Positions 24,827 through 38,460 of a stretch of 64,000 nt of DNA are shown one piece after another. The position numbers and the translations under genes were made by a program. The notes beneath the pieces are model-generated. The model saw nothing but the letters and a program-made list of their open reading frames with translations, was not told where the DNA came from and made no database searches. How positions within the stretch are numbered: the first letter of the stretch is position 1; each line of letters opens with the position of its first letter. Origin of the DNA: Lingula anatina (lineage: Eukaryota > Animalia > Brachiopoda); the NCBI GenBank assembly GCA_051362555.1, contig CM120641.1:4092001-4156000 (forward strand), in the 5' to 3' direction.

Positions 24827-26392
24827 GCTTTCACTATTTTAATGCAGAGGTGGTGAGGAATCTGTTCATTTGTTGTGAAGAGGAGGAGGGAGGAGAGGCC
24901 TGGATCCTCTGACTTCTGCACTTTTGTTGTTTTTGTCCTATTCTCAACTCATTCTGTTCATGTCTTGTTCAGATTTCTTTTGCATCCTTTAGAATTCAGT
25001 CACTGTTAGTACTGATTCTTTAAACTTGGACACAATTTCTGTAAAACTGCCAAATATTCTGTGTTCCTTTACACAGGTTATATCCCATTCTTTGTCTCTA
25101 GCACCACTATTCCTATCAAAAGGATTATTGCTTTCCTTTATAACGTAACTAAATATTCATCATTTTCATTCATTGGATGGTAGCCCAGTGAGATTATGCA
25201 GATAGCAAATGTACACATAACTAACATATACAATATTCAATCTCACAGAAATCTTCATGTAGTAATCATGTTTTTATGCCTTGAGATTTATATTGTGCAT
25301 TTTAACTGTTAAGTACAACATTATGTATAATTTGGATAATTACCCTTGCAGATATTGAGCATAATTTTGTACCTCTAATATTCCCATAAACATATTTCTC
25401 TATAATCATATAGTTGGTATTTTAGTCCACAGATGGTCAATGTGATACCAGATGGTATACCACACATATGATTAGGAGAGAAACCCAGTCATCTGTTCAA
25501 CATGCTACATGTCAAAGGAATGGGAATTACTACCCCAGCCTATCCCATCTATATACCTGTATATAATGACAGTCATGTAAGCTGAAGAAGTGGTTGGAGT
25601 GTCCATTGGACACAGGCATGGGCACACTATATTCTCATTGCTTAAGTGTACACACACCATAAATGGGAGACTGGGTTCATATTAGAAATATATAAAATTG
25701 TAGTCAATAATAAACAGTCTACTTTGGTGTTTAGTCTGTATCTAATATAGACTATAGCAGCATGCACAGTGCTGGCATGTACCCGAGTATGTTTGAGTGG
25801 GTTACAATTACATATTAGACTATATACTAAAAGACTGTACAAGTTAGCTATAAAATATGTGCACATTTTTGTTCATTTTGTAAGCATTATGCACTAGTCA
25901 CTTAGACTCAGTTATAAGTAGTTATAACAATGGCCAATGAATTGGATAGTATTCAAGCCTCATAAGAACCTACTTTTTTGCAATAATTCATTTGAAACAA
26001 CAAATGTAAGCTGCAAACTACTGTTATTCAAGGATATTCATTGAACCATATCTATAAATGGCAATGTATCATAATTTCAAGAAAAATTTTACCCTATGTT
26101 GCCCAAGTTTACAGTCTTTATGAACGAGTTCAAAGAAAGCCTGAATATATCTCAGAGAAAGGACCTGAAAGAAGTAACTAAATGTTCTTTGTAGTTTTAC
26201 AGATCTCCTTTCGTGCATTTCTTGTAATTCAAACTGTTGAGCAGAGAATTTCACAGTCATTTCTAGAGATGGCATAGTCTCCAATATGCTTGTTGTTGTT
26301 CAGGGCATCCAGAACCGTTTACCAGGTTCATATATTTATATATGTCTGGAGATACAACAAGGTAATGTAAGGAAATACATCAGATGGTTCTT

Positions 26393-29300
26393 TTAATATT
26401 CCCACAGAGTGTTTGCATTGATCTCTGTTCCAGTGGCACTGAAGATCCCATTTTGCTCGCCTTTGAGGTAACATCCATTTTCAGCCTTGATAGCAAACTT
26501 AGAATGCTCTCTCAGTTCCAGAATGAATTTGTAGGGGGTGGCGTTCTCTGCTGCGATTGAGCCATCAGATGTTACTGCTAAGTAGTTACCATTTGGAGCT
26601 GGAAAGAAATTTTATGCTGTTATTAAGTTGTTTGAAGAGACATACATGAAATAGTTTTTTTTTTTAAATTCATTTTGCCCACCCTGAGCTTCAGAGATAA
26701 CTTGACACTAACCTTTTCACTGTAGCCTATCTCCATCGTGTCAAGTTACTTGACACGATGGAGATAGGCTACAGTGAAAAGGTTAGTGTCAAGTTAGCTC
26801 TGAAGCTCAGGGTGATTTTGCCCAGCTACTTTTTGTGAGTATTTAACAGTGTTTCTATCTCACAAGCACTGATATAAAGAAATCTAAGTGCCAGTTCTTA
26901 ACTAAGTACTTCATACATTTGGTTTATATTTTTTTGTCTATAATGAATGTTATTTTATAATGTTGCGGTCACAAGACATCTGAAAAAAATGGACAGACTC
27001 TGTGACTCAAAGTCGTTAAAATGACTTGAAACAAAAAATTACTCATGAGACATGTTACTGATGAAAAGCCAAATCAATTTTCTGAAACAGTCACAAACAT
27101 GGCACTTATATCTCATGAGTCCAATTAAGTCAGCTAATAAAGCCACTAAAGTTCCTTTTAGCTAAAATTGAAATAAGATTTCTCATTCCATTTAAAAAAT
27201 ATGTGTCCTTCTTCAAAGAAAAGAAAGAAAATTATTCAAAATGAAGGGAAGTCTTTACACCTGAAGCAATAGAAACTGCATAATATGTAACTAAAAAAAA
27301 TGTAGAAACTGGGAGAGGATAACAGTAAGCTCTTGATCTTTTCCTTTTCCATTTTTCATAACATGTAACAGTGCACTTGATCAAATAATCTGATTTCAAA
27401 TAAGTTTCCAATCTGTTTAGAATACATTCAAATCTACTTAAAGTAGGCCCTTATCACATACATAATGGACCAATTATAAATAACTGAAAAACAAAGTCCT
27501 GTTTATCAACTCCAAAAGAATTCATAGATAGTATCGCATCACAAGGGCAGGTTCTTGTAGATAAGGCAAATATGAAACGATGCACTTGAAATTCTATAGC
27601 TTTTTCCACAGTATCTAACAGAGAAATACTTCCTCACCAAAGACCTCAGACAGGATGTGTGAAGTTAATGTGGTTTTAGCCTTCCATGCCCTGAATTTTC
27701 TTTTTAAACATGTTTTTATCTTCTCATTTGATTTTTCAAGACCACAGTTTTTTGACAATCCTTCAACAATAGCACTCAAGTTTTTATCTCCCAATCTTTT
27801 ATCTTATTTTTTATTTCAAAACTTAAAGATTTAAGCCTTTTTATCACCAATATCACATTGTTAATTTCTGTTATAATTTTCAATTACTTGCTGTGACTAT
27901 ATACAGCAGCGGACAGGAATTGAGGTAAAGTAAAACTGTGGAAATATTCAAAAGATAAAGAGTATCATGTCATTATTTATCTGGTAATTGAGTGCCGTGA
28001 ATTCACCCTTGACCAACTTGTTTTGTTTGTGAAACTGAAACTGTTACAATTATCAATTAAGTTATCTATTTGATGTAACAAGCACTCAATTGCACCTTGA
28101 TAATGTAGGTGGATAGATTCTTTGAGCTTTTGTAAGTTTACATTGTTTTTCAACTTAGTCTTCATACCCGGTATGTATATGATCCCTTTCACAACGAGAT
28201 GAGCCAAGCTTTACAAATCCTGGGGACTAAATATGGCCGACGTACATGAAAGAAAAACCGCCTAATCTTTTAATAGTCTCTCCGCCTCTCACACGCCTCC
28301 CCATGTGTCGTCCCAATGGAGCCGAAATTTAATGACTGTACCCCCGCAGGGACGATGCATGGAGAGGCGTGTGAGAGGCGGAGAGACTATTAAAAGATTA
28401 GGCGGTTTTTCTTTCATGTACGTCCACCATATTTAGTCCCCAAGATTTGTAAAGCCTGGCTCATCTCGTTGTGAATGCGGTCTATGACTGGTCCAAATAT
28501 ACAGGCTCCAATTTTCCATCAACACTTCCACTAGCTGCCATCATTACAGATGCATGTTTTAACTTTCTATCCCATTCAATTACCCCTCCTTCCCACTATC
28601 AGGGGATAATATTAAATCAGGGTAGGGAAAGAATTGTCTGTATATCTGGGTTTTAGTGTGAGGTCATGATCTCTCCTGTATCATAATTGGATGATTAGGT
28701 TGTATTTCACTGGCAACTACATATTTAATGAAACCAAATCAATACATCTCAACTAAAAGCCAATTTCAGAAGCAGTGAATAACCTAGGATTCGCGTTCAT
28801 GGACAATATTGAATGTTATTTACAAAAGTGGCATTCCAAATTCTGCATTGGTTATTCAGTTATCATTTAGTGCACTTCATTTTTTAAAAGAAATATGGTA
28901 TGCTTGCAAATACGAGCACACACACATGCACACACTCACATGCATGCATGCAGATACAAGCTCATACAGTAAGTGCAAATGCAAACTAAACCATGACCTA
29001 TCAAAATATTTAGATGAATATCTTTATACTCTCTTTATAATGTATGTATGAGTGTAGACAGACATTTTCATGAAAATTGTTCAAAATTTGCCAATTGTAA
29101 GGGGGGGAGGAGGTGAAGCAATAAGAGAAATTTTTCTCATAATACACAGTGCTGCAATGGAAGCTAAAAGAAACCCACCTTTCATGCAGTATGTTCCATC
29201 AGGGTTTTGTGATAGTGTGATTATATCATATACAGATCTTGCACAGTCTAACTTGGGGGAGTTGGGTGTCTTGAAGCCAACAAAGCCATACTGCCCCTTC

Positions 29301-32300
29301 AACACAAGAATTGGCCGGTTGACCAATGTTAGCATGAACTTTTCCTTATCCGTCACAGTATCGCTGACGGCGTACAAGCTTCCATTCATCCTGGCAGTTA
29401 CATAGGAGTTATTGCTGGCCTTGAGGGAAACAAAACCATTGCTGTGCCATTCTAGGTCAAAATACACTTTTGGAGACCTGAAAAGTTAAAGTTTTAAAAA
29501 TTATTACAAGCGAGTTTAATTTAAGTGACAGCACATAAGGCCACACTTTTTTATTTTTATGGATGACATCCTCTGGGGACCCCAAAGTCGGTGCGAGCGG
29601 GCGAAAAAAAAAAAAAACAGTCCAAAAAAAAAAAAAAAACTGCTTAAGAAAAGTTATGTTTTCAGTACACAGCTGGAAACACTAATTTACCACAGAAACA
29701 CGTATCAAACTAACAACATGTCTTTATCCATGCTCTCAAAATATTAAAGCATTGTGAATAGGGCCTACTTCGTAGAAAGGTAAAAAGTCATGAATATATA
29801 TGCTGCATATTACCAAATCTATTTAAGGTTATTTCATGCATTCTGTTGGTATAGAAACCAATAAAACAAATATCAAATAAATAGCGTGTCTTTATTTGTA
29901 CTCTCAGAAAATTAAAGCATTGTAAACACTTCACAGAATTGTTAAAAAAAAATTAAGCAAAGATAGGCCTATGCTTCCTACTACTAAGGTAATTTCGGTC
30001 GATGCCATTTTGTCTACTTCGACTCACACGCTAGCAGCCAACTATCGGGTGGCCTGTCCGACCTTCAGTCCACCAAATACCGCGACGCTCTTGTCGACCC
30101 TTTTTTCGCTCCAAAAAGAAACTGGTATGTGCTGCTTTGGACTACCCTGGGTTCTAGTTTCCGGTATTGCCAGCTCGATCTTGATTTCATATATAACCCA
30201 TGTCGCAATACCAAAGCGACTCCACCACGGGGTATATTTAGCAAGCTAGCTTTTACGTTGCTCTGACACTCAGGGTACTTTGGACAGAATGTCACTGAAA
30301 TTTTCCGGGCGATGATTGCTGGCCGCGGCCAGCCTTTCGTAAAATTGTAAAAGGGTGATATCTTCATGTCCAATATCAATGGCAAACCAATCCAAAACGA
30401 CGGCCCCCGTTCTCTTTATGACTTTAATTGTCGTGTATTTTAAAATTAATGCTAGAGATGAAGTTGACGGCAAAACGGCCATATTTCCATGTGGTGATAA
30501 TACGCATGCGCAGAAAGCTCATTTTCCACACTCGGAACTACTCGGATGTCTCCGCAGTCGACAATGACAGTATGGAGCTTGCGGAATTAGCAGAGAATTG
30601 CCGATTGCATTTTCCGGCAAATTCAATAACGATGTTTGCGACAACCGACTTCCTTTGGGGGGGGGGGGGGGGGGGGGGCGGTTGGGGGGGGGATTTTTTT
30701 TTTTTTTTTTTGGAGAACGGACGAAAATCGGTGCGCGCGCAGGATGTCATCCATAAAATTAAAAAAGTGTGGCCTAAGTGACAATTAAGTCTGTTAGAAG
30801 TGACAGTGTAAGGTAGCAAAGAAGCTGGACAAATAGTAAGAAAATGAATGAAACAAAATGTGGAATTGTATTATTTAATTTAGGTTATAAATGCACAAAA
30901 CCATCTACATAAATGCCTTTTTAAACATTAAATTACAGCAAGATATCCACTCAGACAACTGATATTATAAAGCTTTCATGAAAAATATGGCTGCCCCCTG
31001 CCCTAAAAAGACATCACAAGATCAACTAGGCCTTGAAAATATTTTCTCTGAAAATAATTTATAGATGCTTTTTGGTTGTTACAAAGCATAAACATGTAAA
31101 CATCATTTCAGTTTGATTTCCTGTTGAATTATTTTTATGAAATATTTGCAGTTGAGTACATGCCTAATAACCAATAATGAAAAAAATTTGTTAAAACTAT
31201 TTCTAAGAAAAGCACAGTGAGTCATTCCTGAAGCAGTGACACCTGGCAATTGCTGTATGTCTACTAATGTGAACTGTGTAATACTTAACAAAGTCTAACT
31301 ATGTATATATACGTTCTTACAGCATTTTTAAGTATAAACCTTATACATTCATATGTTTTAAACAAAATAAATCATTATTTTAATCCTAAGTGAAAATGTT
31401 GCATGCAAAGGTGAGCCTAATATCCAATATGTCTGTGGTGTGGTATGTCATCTGTCTGGTCATCTGGACTAAATGTTGGTCAGAAATACAGCTGTTCAGC
31501 CTGATGAATTTATAGATACCAGGCTACTGTGTGGTCTTTACATAAGCATTAAAAAATGAAATGACTGCCTTTTTAAATGTCAGGAATTGGAATTATTTTC
31601 TGATGGAGAATGAGTAGATAATGACTTTATCCATTCATCATACTGTGATGGGTATTAACATGTGCCTCTCTCTTTCACCTCTTTAATGTGATAGACTTTT
31701 TTGTGATGATTTCAACATTCTGTTCAGCCAGAGAATATCTATTGAAATAAATCGCTTTTAGTTGGTGAGTCATCATTTACCTAAGTCTGTGAAAATGAGA
31801 ACAATGTGCTATTGTATGTGCTACTTTTATAAAAAATTATAAAAATTTTCCATGTCGCTTTTTATACTAAAGTAAATTGCTGTGCTTAGCTAATATGGCA
31901 ATAAAAACACTCACATGTTGTCACATGCTTTTGCCTTATTTGCCCTAGTTAGTGAAACAATGACATTTATAGTGCACAGACAGAGAGATGTCACCTACCA
32001 CCAGTGTCTACCAAAGCACCAGTCCAAGCTACATGGTAGAAAAATAGAGATGACAGATGGAGAAAGAATACAGAAAAGTAGAAAGTAACAACATGTTTCA
32101 TATAAATCCATACCTTAGCACTCAAAACCTGTTCTTTTGCTTTTGTCTATGACCCTACAGCAAAACAGTACAAACACCTTTTCTTAAGTGTAAAAGGGCA
32201 GATTATGTTGCCAACAACTATGATTCAGTTTATGGGCTTGTTATGCTCGTACAGAAAAAGTTTGTGGTCCCTGTTCTCCAATATGGCTGTATTTTCAAAT

Positions 32301-35300
32301 TATCCTCTATTAACCACTGCACCTTACAACTGCAAGGTCTTGTAAAAATGGCCATCTAATCTTTTGTTTACTTGTCTCCTGTTCAACAAACTTAAATTTT
32401 CAGCTTCTTGACTCCACTTCATCCCTCACCCCTAAAATTACTTTTAAAAAAGCACAAAATGAGTGAAATTTTGTAAAAAAAAAATAATAATAAATAAATA
32501 AATAAACAACCAGTGTTTTTCAATTGAGTTTCTACCCTATTTACTGAGGGTCCCATCCTTTCAGCTAAAATTCCTCTCGTCTTTGTGTCATCTTTCGCAG
32601 AAGAAAAAGATCTCAGACTGTCCTTTTCAAATGACTTCGAACCACTGTTCAAAACTGTTGAAAGTTAAGTTTTAATTTCATAAAAGATCTTTGCTATCAC
32701 TGAAAAGGGAAAAGAAACTTAACCATCAAGAGCCCTTGTTGATCAGGAGGTATTATTATTATTTTTCAATATTGTCGTCACACGTTTTCTCATCAATGCA
32801 AATTGTAAACCGATTATCACAGAAACGGCAGTGACGCTTACTGAGCACGTTCCCATCACCAATCAATGTCCTCAGCGTAAAAACACTTGTTTTTTATTTA
32901 AAATAAGTTATCTATGGTGACCATCTGATGACCATCTGACAGCAAACATCTATCCATCATCAAAAACGGGAGAGTTTGGATGTTCTGAGAAGACTGACGG
33001 GAGAAAACAGGTTTTGGTTTCTCATCGGATTTATAGGGCTTTACAAATGGCACACATTATCATATAAACGAATACTGATACTTACGTGTCCTTTGCGGCG
33101 CCCTGAATTCCATTAGCGTTGCCAATTGTCCAGAATTTATTATCAACTGTGCGGAACCTGCAACACTTCGTCTTTTTATCGAACTCAATCTGGAATGATT
33201 CCTTGTCAGTAACATCGTCTTGGTTCGCAGTCAGGTCAACACCTGTAAAGATTATAATAACTCTGATGTGTTTTTTCTTGTAGTTCAGGCTTTTATTATG
33301 ACAATATATATTTCACATTTGCTCGTGAGCTTCAAAATAATACGCTCTGTATATGATATGACAGGCGTTTAAAAAAAAAACAGAGAAAATAATTTGAGAA
33401 ACACTTGTCAAGTAGATCACCTGCACAAATTGAATAAGACTGGACTCACACATATCACCCTGTCTTATCTTTCTTTTAAGATTAAAAAGAATCTCCATAA
33501 AATACGTGTAAAATAGGGGGAAAAAGTATTTTATTTGTGGGGTTATAGCAACCGAAACCTTCCCCAGTTTTCTTCACTACCGAAGTTCTCACGGCCTCAG
33601 GTAGGCGTATAAATTTTATCAGATTTAAGCCTTACATACAAGCGGATTAGAGGTAAAATCAGGCCCCTAACACTCAACCCATGACAGTCCTGGTGCCTTT
33701 TTGTTAGTACCACTTCTTAATAAAAAAATTAAGATGAATAACCGGACCTGTACAATTGTTTTAGGAAATTGATGGCGGACATGGTAAATTGCCCGGTGAC
33801 AACAATCTACTTAAAATTCTGATCTGACAACAAGGACCAGACATGTATGACAGAGTAGATTCGTAGGTTGTCATCGAGAAAGACTCCAAGCAAAGAGATA
33901 CATGTAACTGGTTAAATCACTGCTCTTGTTCTAAAACCTCATTTTATTAAATGGACAATCAGTACAATGTCGATGGATGAGCTCATATACGTAAAGATTT
34001 CTTGTCTATGGTGACCTAACATCCATCAGGCATCAGATGGGCTGTCCTAAGTTAGACTGACCCATTTCAAATGGAAACGGCTCTTAGAACTCTTACTGCG
34101 CACGAAAGTCTTTACGTTTTAAAGAAAGAGGGTCCCGTCGACAACTTCAACCCCATTCATACACGCAGATTCCGCATCCAGTGCAGTGCTGTGTGCATGT
34201 TATCGGGTTTCCTTCCTCCCCAGGGACATTCCAATCGTGTTCACTCCAATAACGCGACACGTACGCTAGACGTAGTTAGCATATTATGCTGTAACATTAT
34301 ATATCAAAGAGGCGCTGGACGGCCAGTGTCAAATATGGCACAAAATGCTATTTGACAAAAACGTCTTTGATGTCTTCTCTCTTAATCTTTGCAAAAAGTG
34401 TCTGATTTTTTTTTTTTTTAATAATTAAATAATCATTCAAAAAACACGTTTGGGAGAAGGATAGGCGGAAACGTCGAAAACTGTAATATTGCTCCTATGA
34501 TATTATTTGAATTCATGGTATCAAAAAAGATATGGTATATGGCCACTGACAAAGTTTTATGTCTCACGAAAACAAGCAGAATTCTATCTTGTGTATTTGT
34601 TCCAGTGTTTATGAGCGTAATCTATTTATTCAAGGCCAGAAAGACACAGAGTCGCACTGATACTTAAGAAAGAATTAACGTCAACACGCCAGTTACACAT
34701 TCGCTACCTGTCGCCTTAGCAACTGAGGATTCTGCAATATGTGAGGCATCTTTCTTGTAAAATACCCTGGCTAGCATGGGGCCGGGGAAACGAGAGTAGT
34801 GCGGTCGATATTGCATCGTTATTAGGCTTAGTTTTGTGTATCAAATTTCGACGACTATGAAAGCCTTTGTTGGACTGGTCCAAACATGTCAAAACAGGGA
34901 TGGACCGTATACCAGAAAACCTTCGAATAAGATCGTACTTTACAGGTGTAAAGGAAATGTGCGTGATTAATGGATTTTGGGAATAACACGTTTCTTACTC
35001 AGTTCCTTAGCAGATGGTCCGCAAGCTGTGCCCGCCACAGAATTGAACTAAACGATGTAAAGCTGCGTAAAACAATTTAACATTTCCAAGTAACGTTATG
35101 TACGTATGTTGTCTCTGTCCTGGATTGTAGGCTAGTTAGCATCCACCCTCACCCCCACCCCCTTTCGTCCAATGTTTTTTTTTTCTTCTTCTTCTTTTTG
35201 GCCACAGTGTTTAACCCTGTATAATGTGCAGGTTTGGAGCTGAGGTTATTTTGCATTTAAAGAACACGCCAATAGGTGAACATAGACCAGGAAAGGACAA

Positions 35301-37922
35301 AAAGGCGACATGCATGCTTATGAAGCCAATAGAAAAGTGTAAACTTTGTCGAACTGGTCCCCACGACACAGGTTATTAGATAACTATACCAGACGATGCA
35401 GAACAATGATGGACATAATATATATAATAAACAATTTGAAGGTCCTATCTGACATAGGGCTAACCGTCTCCCATATCGCCGCGGTACTTAGGGTTCACGA
35501 CCGATCGCGATGGCAGCAACAAGCAATCTAGGGATCGCCAGTATATCACTCCCCAAACACGCACTGTTTAAACCTATCTTGCATTTCAATCAGGCCTGCC
35601 TTTACTTTTTACGAGTCGGTGGTCAATAAAATATTAGAGTTATCCTCTTTGAGACATCTCGAACTGCACCTGTGCGTAGCAGACAAACCACACACGCTCT
35701 GTTAACCTATTATGTGAATCATTTCCTTTCGTTTGTCTCTCATCGTTACATTTCATTAACTCGAGCTTCTTTGTCGGGATCAATATATTGTTTTACTGTT
35801 CGGCGTACAATAAAATGCGAATCAGTTTTGATAGCCTTATCAGATTATAATTGATTAATACAACCCATGTGTAATATATACCAATAGCAGTGGCATTGTA
35901 CCCCTATATTGATTGTTAATTAAATGCTATCAACGGAAATTTTGCACGATCAGATAGATTAGAATTTAGATGCCACAATGAAACCAGTTTTTACACACAG
36001 GTATTAGTTTGGGATGTCCTCCAACGTCCAAGAGTGTTCGCGAGAGGTGTTCAAGACATGATATATCGCAAGAGGGTGGCCGTGTGTTATTTGGCATACA
36101 TATACGAGAGAAAGTACTGGCATGTTACCGAAAAAACACGCCTAAACCCCAATAAATCGTATATTGCCACGGTCAGACATCTCTCGCTTTGAGTACGAAA
36201 TACATATTACAAAAAGACTGGTTTATGCGACGCTGTCACAGGAGTCTATCCCTAGCCATGGAATAGACTGCCAACTTCTCTCTAATATAAGCCTTCCCAC
36301 TGAAAGCTACTATCTGATGTGCAATTGATATTATATTAGGTCAGGAATGAACTCAGAAGAGGTCATCATCGAATGTAACAATTAAGTGGCTGCTAACACA
36401 TCATGCAAACACTTGAATATAAGAGTGTGAGCCCAGGTGAATGCCCCTGGAAACCCCGCCGTTCATTGTTACTCAAGCTCCTCTGGTGCTCGATTTATTA
36501 TACGGCCGATTATATTAGCTTCGGGGAGAAAAGTGACTGTGTTTCGCATAATTATCTAATAACGCCAGGTGTAAGACAAGCCGGTCCTGTTATCAGCTAA
36601 ATCAATCTCATGTTACAGTTAATTTGAGTGGTTCGTGATTAGAGAAGAAAACAAGACACCGTTATATTACAGGACGCGCTTTACACCCTGCCACGCCCAC
36701 CTGCCATCAAGTTATATTATTCATAGACTTGTTTCTTCCGTGGTTTTACCCTCAAGATGTGTGTTTATATCTGCACTGATGCTACTTATATAATCGTTTA
36801 TTGTGCCGAGCAGTCAATGACTCATTATATATGATCTTCGTCTTTTAATTCGAAATGTCGCCAACCACACTGCCTGACAAGCATAGTGATTGCTGGAATA
36901 GGATCTCTGTGTTTTTTCACCATTATCTTTCAACGTTCTTTTAATGCAAAATTTATTCTCGTTACATTCTGTCTCAAACAACGTTGCCCATCGTGAAAAT
37001 CGAGCGGTCAACAGTATACGCTTTTATCGATCTTAAGAGGAATCATTGTATGTACGTCTGTGGGTTTAACCCTTTGCAACCTACCTTGTTTTATGGAGAC
37101 AAATCTTCCATTATGTCCGGTCAGGGTGACCTGGGGGTGGCTGTCTTGAAGCAAGTACAGTTCGTCTTTGGAAATGGTTTTATTGCGTGCTTTCATGGTG
37201 GCAAACGACCCCACATTTGTAAGATACCGCCCCGTTGAATCTTTGAAGGCAATGCCCGAGTGCTGCCCAGACTTCATCTCCAGGGTGTAAAGGGTGTCAG
37301 CGCTGAGTTCTCCAACCAAGCGTCCCTCTCGGTGCAAATAGCGGTTGTCGCAGGTTTTCACGGCGTACCGATTGTCGCGGAACTCGATGGTGATGAGCGC
37401 GTCCTGGCCCCAAGGAATCACTTCATCGCAATGGATCTCCTCGGCCTCGGCGTTAAGACGGGCATAGCGGTTGCGATTGACGTTCATAAGGTTGACCTGC
37501 GGGTGGATTGCGAGGTGGACTGTCCACCATTCTTTGTCCGTGGGAGATTTCTCGTAACAACGGAGCTGATCTTCCGAGCCACCGAAATAATAGCCGTGTT
37601 TTGCGTTTTTGAAAGCCCAGCATCCAGACCCATCCTGTGCGTATTCGATAATAAATTGTTCGTCTTCCCCAGGTTCTTCAGATTCCCCTTTCACATTGCC
37701 ATTTTTGTCACCGGACAGGTATCTTCCCAGATGACTTCTTATGTATACTACATCTGCTCTCTTGTCTTGCTCGATGGTCCACACCTGTTTTTTCTTTAAA
37801 CTCGTCCCAGAGGCATTTATTTTACATCCAAAACTCTCAGCCGTCAGATATTTTTTGTCTCTGTTTAATAAACCAACCTTCATATTCATGGAATCGTGTC
37901 CACTTACTCCGTTCATCGCCAT
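26393..37922 (-). CDS. FSCN: Fascin (singed) actin-bundling protein, 4 exons, 499 aa
   Basis: Exons (-): 37085-37922, 33086-33242, 29179-29477, 26393-26598 (1500 nt; phases 1,2,1). Motifs KYLTAESFGCKINASGTSLKKKQVWTIE (Ser39-equivalent PKC site kept), YIRSHLGRYLS, WTVHLAIHPQVNL, PWGQDALITI, SHPQV, LVNRPILVLKGQYGFVG, C-terminal TLWEY*. Confidence 0.96.
26680..26814. mobile_element. 135-bp near-perfect palindromic MITE with 8-bp TSD in fascin intron 3
   Basis: CACCCTGAGC...GTGTCAAGT-T-ACTTGACAC...GCTCAGGGTG: 67-bp arms with one mismatch seen and a 1-nt centre. ATTTTGCC flanks both sides (26672-26679, 26815-26822). Confidence 0.9.
28188..28475. mobile_element. ~290-bp foldback/MITE-like inverted repeat in fascin intron 3
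   Basis: ~125-bp arms (TTCACAACGAGATGAGCC...CGTCCC / GGGACG...GGCTCATCTCGTTGTGAA) with a few mismatches and a ~35-nt spacer. True termini and TSD not resolved. Confidence 0.75.
29539..30774. mobile_element. 1.24-kb non-autonomous DNA transposon with TAA TSD (PIF/Harbinger- or Zator-like) in fascin intron 2
   Basis: ~33-bp TIRs GGCCACACTTTTTTATTTTTATGGATGACATCCT / AGGATGTCATCCATAAAATTAAAAAAGTGTGGCC. TAA flanks both sides (29536-29538, 30775-30777). CpG-rich interior with no recognisable transposase. Confidence 0.85.
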
Positions 37923-38139
37923 TCTTGGTATATTATAGCACTGTCACAGATACTGACTGTCTCTTGAGCACGATTTTTTATCACTACCCGTTCTGTGTGC
38001 AGATGACTTAAACAACTAGCATCGGTCTGTGATAACAAAGCTTCTGTAGCTTTAAGGAAATTCAGCCTATCAGAGGGCAGCGTTTTGACAATCGGTCCCA
38101 CGTGGTGGTAGAAGAGCGATATGTGCGTGTACTGCTTGG

Positions 38140-38460
38140 TTATATTCAACTGCTTGAAGTCCGAAGAGTAGATGTCTTATTTATAGGAAAATTAATGCAT
38201 GACTGCTCATTATGCCTTTGTCATTGCAGCACGGTTCATACACTATTCTGTTATACACACAATCAACAAGGACGCGATCTATTGTAATAATATTGAACCG
38301 TCAGTTATTATGACTAAAGCTTCAATGAGTAATGCTCCATATATATCCGAGCATGTGCATTACACAAAGGGGGCGTGACGTTTCACAAGCCGGACTGAGG
38401 GGTTACTAACCGTGGATCGGCTTTTAGGGTTTTAAATATTTCCAAATTTGGAAAGGTCTG
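38140..38460 (-). promoter_or_regulatory. Fascin proximal promoter: TATA box, CRE-like site, CArG box
   Basis: TATAAATA on - at 38178-38185 with Inr-like CAGTT ~30 nt downstream; TGACGT at ~38377; perfect CC(A/T)6GG (CCAAATTTGG) at 38442-38451. Confidence 0.55.

Noticed and set aside
29971-30819. Several ORFs inside the TAA-TSD element
   Set aside because: No transposase or Myb/SANT motifs; explained by GC content and homopolymer runs.
32545-32660. Possible alternative fascin exon in intron 2
   Set aside because: In the required phase it stops after ~9 codons; no convincing beta-trefoil similarity.
37260-37799. 179-aa plus-strand ORF
   Set aside because: Antisense shadow of fascin exon 1.
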